Virus record (IMG/VR): IMGVR_UViG_3300008012_000024
Span: 54,107 to 74,106 of that record
DNA length: 20,000 bases
Source of the DNA: an uncultured virus (IMG/VR IMGVR_UViG_3300008012_000024)
Taxonomy: Duplodnaviria; Heunggongvirae; Uroviricota; Caudoviricetes
Strand: one strand, 5' to 3'
Below are positions 17,351-20,000 of this stretch, one piece after another. How positions within the stretch are numbered: the stretch's first letter is position 1; each line of letters begins with the position of its first letter. Under the pieces are notes generated by a model. The model made no database searches, had not been told where the DNA came from, and worked only from the letters and a program-made list of their open reading frames with translations. The position numbers and the translations under genes were made by a program.

Positions 17351-18331
17351 TTATGAAACATCAATCCGAATAACAACAAGACCATGAGCCCCATGTCCAC
17401 CATCACCACCAGCATAACCAAATCTTCCAGGATGCCCACCACCACCTGCACCAGTGTAGTTATGAGCATGTCTATATGAAACACTAAGAAATGCACTGTT
17501 ACCACCAGCACCACCTAAAGATGTTAAATTATTACTACTGCTTCCACCATTACCGCCAGAAGCATAATATCCTGATGTAGTTACAGTTGGAGTCCAATCA
17601 GGTCTATCTGTAGATGGTATTGCAGGAGCAATTATTGGTGCTGGATAAATTGGGTAAGTGTTAGCCACACCACCATAAGTATTACTGCTACCATTACCAC
17701 CAGATCCGCCGCCACCACCAGCAGTTACATTTCCAGAAAAAATTGCTTGTCCGCCATCATTTCCCTGTCCAGGAGTTCCAGACCCCTTAGTTCTTGATGG
17801 AGCAGCACCACCTCCACCAGATCCACCAGGATTTCCAGGACCATATGTACTCGACTCAGGTCCACTCCAAGTACCATATCCACCACCTCCACCACCAATA
17901 GCGGTTCCTATACCACTATTAGTCTCCCCATTCCAAAGATAGGATGGTGTTCCATTATTACCCCTACCATAAGCAATAGCATCAGTTGCACCATCAATTC
18001 CACCTGTTCCACCAGCACCACATTGAACAGCATAGGATCCAACACTCAAAGTACCAATTCCTGCCAAAACACCTCCTGCTCCTCCACCACCAGAACCATA
18101 TGTACTCTGATTATTGGGTTCTGTTCTAGTCGCTCCTCCACCACCACCGCCACCAATAATAATATAATCAAATGTTAATTGATTCTGAGGAGCTTTAATT
18201 ATTTGAAAGTATTCTGTACTATTTTGATTGGTAAATACGTGATACTTATATCCATTCCCTGGTTCTAATACTGTTCCACCGCTTGTCATAATTGCAACTT
18301 CGCGATGAAATAACATTTGAAGAATTGACAT
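17351..18331 (-). CDS. Glycine-rich protein, putative fibre-tip adhesin (polyglycine type), 326 aa
   Basis: GYKYHVFT, YIIIGGGGGGG, GGGGAGGV, GSGGGG, GQGNDGG, YYASGG, TGAGGGG and terminal GLVVIR. Coupled by TAATG to the upstream fibre gene. Confidence 0.75.
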   Translation of the reverse strand: MSILQMLFHREVAIMTSGGTVLEPGNGYKYHVFTNQNSTEYFQIIKAPQNQLTFDYIIIGGGGGGGATRTEPNNQSTYGSGGGGAGGVLAGIGTLSVGSYAVQCGAGGTGGIDGATDAIAYGRGNNGTPSYLWNGETNSGIGTAIGGGGGGYGTWSGPESSTYGPGNPGGSGGGGAAPSRTKGSGTPGQGNDGGQAIFSGNVTAGGGGGSGGNGSSNTYGGVANTYPIYPAPIIAPAIPSTDRPDWTPTVTTSGYYASGGNGGSSSNNLTSLGGAGGNSAFLSVSYRHAHNYTGAGGGGHPGRFGYAGGDGGHGAHGLVVIRIDVS

Positions 18332-20000
18332 TATACTACCCCCGCACCAACAATTACAAATTTATTAGTTCCAACACATAAAATTGTTGCAAGACCTTTT
18401 GCTGAAAGTGTTTTATTTCCCGTACTTCCAACTCCACCAAGATAAACAGTGGTTCCAGAACCTTGCACAACATCAAAAGTAGCTCCAGAATTATTATAAA
18501 CGGAAATTATATCCCCCTCATTAAAAACATTTTGAGGTATGATTACATCATCACTAGTATTAACAAATTTACCAGCATCAGTAGAAACTAAAGTATATGC
18601 CGATGATGTAGTAATACCAATGATTGACCCAAGACTTACTCTCTCATAAGCGATTGTTTCAATAATATCATTCTCAACAGGATCCTCAGTAAAGATGATA
18701 GATGAACCATTAGTTGCAGTATATTCACTTGAATCCAATTTAGATCCATTCAAGAAGACATCAACATATCCAACAGTATAATTAGCGGATATTCTATCAG
18801 TTGCTGCAGCACCAATAATCACAGATGTAACTGTTCTCTCAACACCACCATCAGCGATATAACCAGTAATACCCTGAACACCCTGAACACCCTGCCCAGC
18901 ATTTGATCCTTGAAGTCCCTGAAGACCCTGTAAACCTTGAAGTCCCTGAGCACCTTGAGAACCAAAATCACCAGTATAACCCTGAAGACCTTGAGTTCCT
19001 TGATTACCTATTCCTTGAGTTCCTTGAATACCCTGTCTTCCCTGAGTTCCTTGATTACCTTGTATTCCCTGTAAACCCTGAGTCCCTTGTAATCCCTGAA
19101 CACCTTGAAGTCCCTGAGCACCCTGAAGAGCCTCATATTGAGTATATCTATTCCACCCAACATTAGAATTAAGATATACATACTTAACTAATGCATGTTG
19201 AGTACCTTCAGTTCTATCAGATGATGATGATTCTATATTATCAGAAGATGTAACTGTTAGATTTGCAAGACTCCAATCATGACCATCAGCTATTGTAACA
19301 GTATCACCAAAAACAGGGTTTGATGGTAAAGTTATTGTAAAGGGATTAGAAGTAGATTCGGGATTCCCTATAGTATCAGCAACAATTTGGTCTCCGACAG
19401 TTGCTGTGTAATCATCTTCTACAAGAATCCATTTATCACCACCAGAAATAGAAACATCAACAACTTTTGAAGAACTATTATAAGATACTGTATTACCAGT
19501 TCCAATAAAGTTTACGGCAGTAATTATACCAGTTGTAATCGCTGTCCCACCAGAATGAATACCAAGGTTAAATCCACCAAGAGCGTTTACTTCACCAGAA
19601 ACAGATAAATTTTGTCCATCAAATTGTAAGGTATTAGATCCTACTGGTTCATTGGAACCATCTTTATAAATTACTTGATATGCAGATCCAGCAACAGGTC
19701 CAGTTCTTCCTTGAAGACCCTGGAATCCTTGAGATCCTTGTGTTCCCTGGAATCCCTGTGACCCTTGAGTTCCCTGGAATCCTTGAGATCCTTGTGTTCC
19801 CTGGAATCCCTGTGACCCTTGAGTTCCCTGGAATCCTTGAGATCCTTGTGTTCCCTGGAATCCTTGAGATCCTTGAGTACCTTGGAGACCTTGTAGTCCC
19901 TGAAGACCTTGGGCACCTTGAGATCCAGCATCACCAATAATGGAGATAGTCATAAAGACTTCATCACCATTACTAATACTTGCCCAACTATCTCTATCAA
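18331..20000 (-). CDS. C-terminal part of a collagen-like tail fibre protein (5'-truncated by the window; >555 aa)
   Basis: The frame stays open upstream of Met 19953 to the window edge (DRDSWASISNGDEVF-MTISIIGDAG). Contains GxQ tracts, a gp34-like domain, a DVFLNG module and a C-terminal AYTLVSTDAGK...GLATILCV domain. Confidence 0.85.
   Translation of the reverse strand, partial: DRDSWASISNGDEVFMTISIIGDAGSQGAQGLQGLQGLQGTQGSQGFQGTQGSQGFQGTQGSQGFQGTQGSQGFQGTQGSQGFQGTQGSQGFQGLQGRTGPVAGSAYQVIYKDGSNEPVGSNTLQFDGQNLSVSGEVNALGGFNLGIHSGGTAITTGIITAVNFIGTGNTVSYNSSSKVVDVSISGGDKWILVEDDYTATVGDQIVADTIGNPESTSNPFTITLPSNPVFGDTVTIADGHDWSLANLTVTSSDNIESSSSDRTEGTQHALVKYVYLNSNVGWNRYTQYEALQGAQGLQGVQGLQGTQGLQGIQGNQGTQGRQGIQGTQGIGNQGTQGLQGYTGDFGSQGAQGLQGLQGLQGLQGSNAGQGVQGVQGITGYIADGGVERTVTSVIIGAAATDRISANYTVGYVDVFLNGSKLDSSEYTATNGSSIIFTEDPVENDIIETIAYERVSLGSIIGITTSSAYTLVSTDAGKFVNTSDDVIIPQNVFNEGDIISVYNNSGATFDVVQGSGTTVYLGGVGSTGNKTLSAKGLATILCVGTNKFVIVGAGVV
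19718..19879. repeat. Coding tandem repeat, 6 x 27 bp (GTQGSQGFQ)
   Basis: Units A=ccctggaatccttgagatccttgtgtt and B=ccctggaatccctgtgacccttgagtt in the order A-B-A-B-A-A'. Confidence 0.95.

Noticed and set aside
997..17514. Other short nested ORFs (997..1212, 4252..4461, 7791..8066, 7807..8010, 8127..8393, 8511..8753, 9166..9351, 12653..12835, 17311..17514)
   Set aside because: Wholly or largely inside longer, motif-bearing minus-strand genes; no independent support.
19718..19879. Possible CRISPR-like array
   Set aside because: Units are contiguous with no unique spacers and are in-frame coding sequence.
18903..19940. ORFs 18903..19166, 19671..19937 and 19680..19940
   Set aside because: Shadows of collagen repeats.

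Overview
AT-rich, gene-dense phage DNA with every credible gene on the minus strand. It is most consistent with the tail-fibre/hypervariable region of a large T4-like aquatic myovirus (cyanophage-like). The evidence is T4-type late promoter motifs (NATAAATA) before most structural genes, Gly-X-Gln collagen-like fibres, a 1553-aa virion protein, LamG, beta-propeller and Gly-rich putative receptor-binding proteins, two 2OG-Fe(II) oxygenases and a cluster of putative glycan-active enzymes. Most notable: (i) the fibre genes form about four parallel cassettes (stalk with hydrophobic C-terminal tip -> small adaptor -> variable head) built from shared domains; (ii) a cupredoxin-like domain with a full His/Cys/His/Met set sits inside a collagen fibre between two identical in-frame 97-bp direct repeats; (iii) one head protein looks like a circularly permuted MAM domain; (iv) oxygenase and glyco-enzyme genes with their own sigma70-like extended -10 motifs are embedded among the fibres, suggesting a possible fibre-modification system. 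All family calls come from motif recognition by eye; no database search was run.
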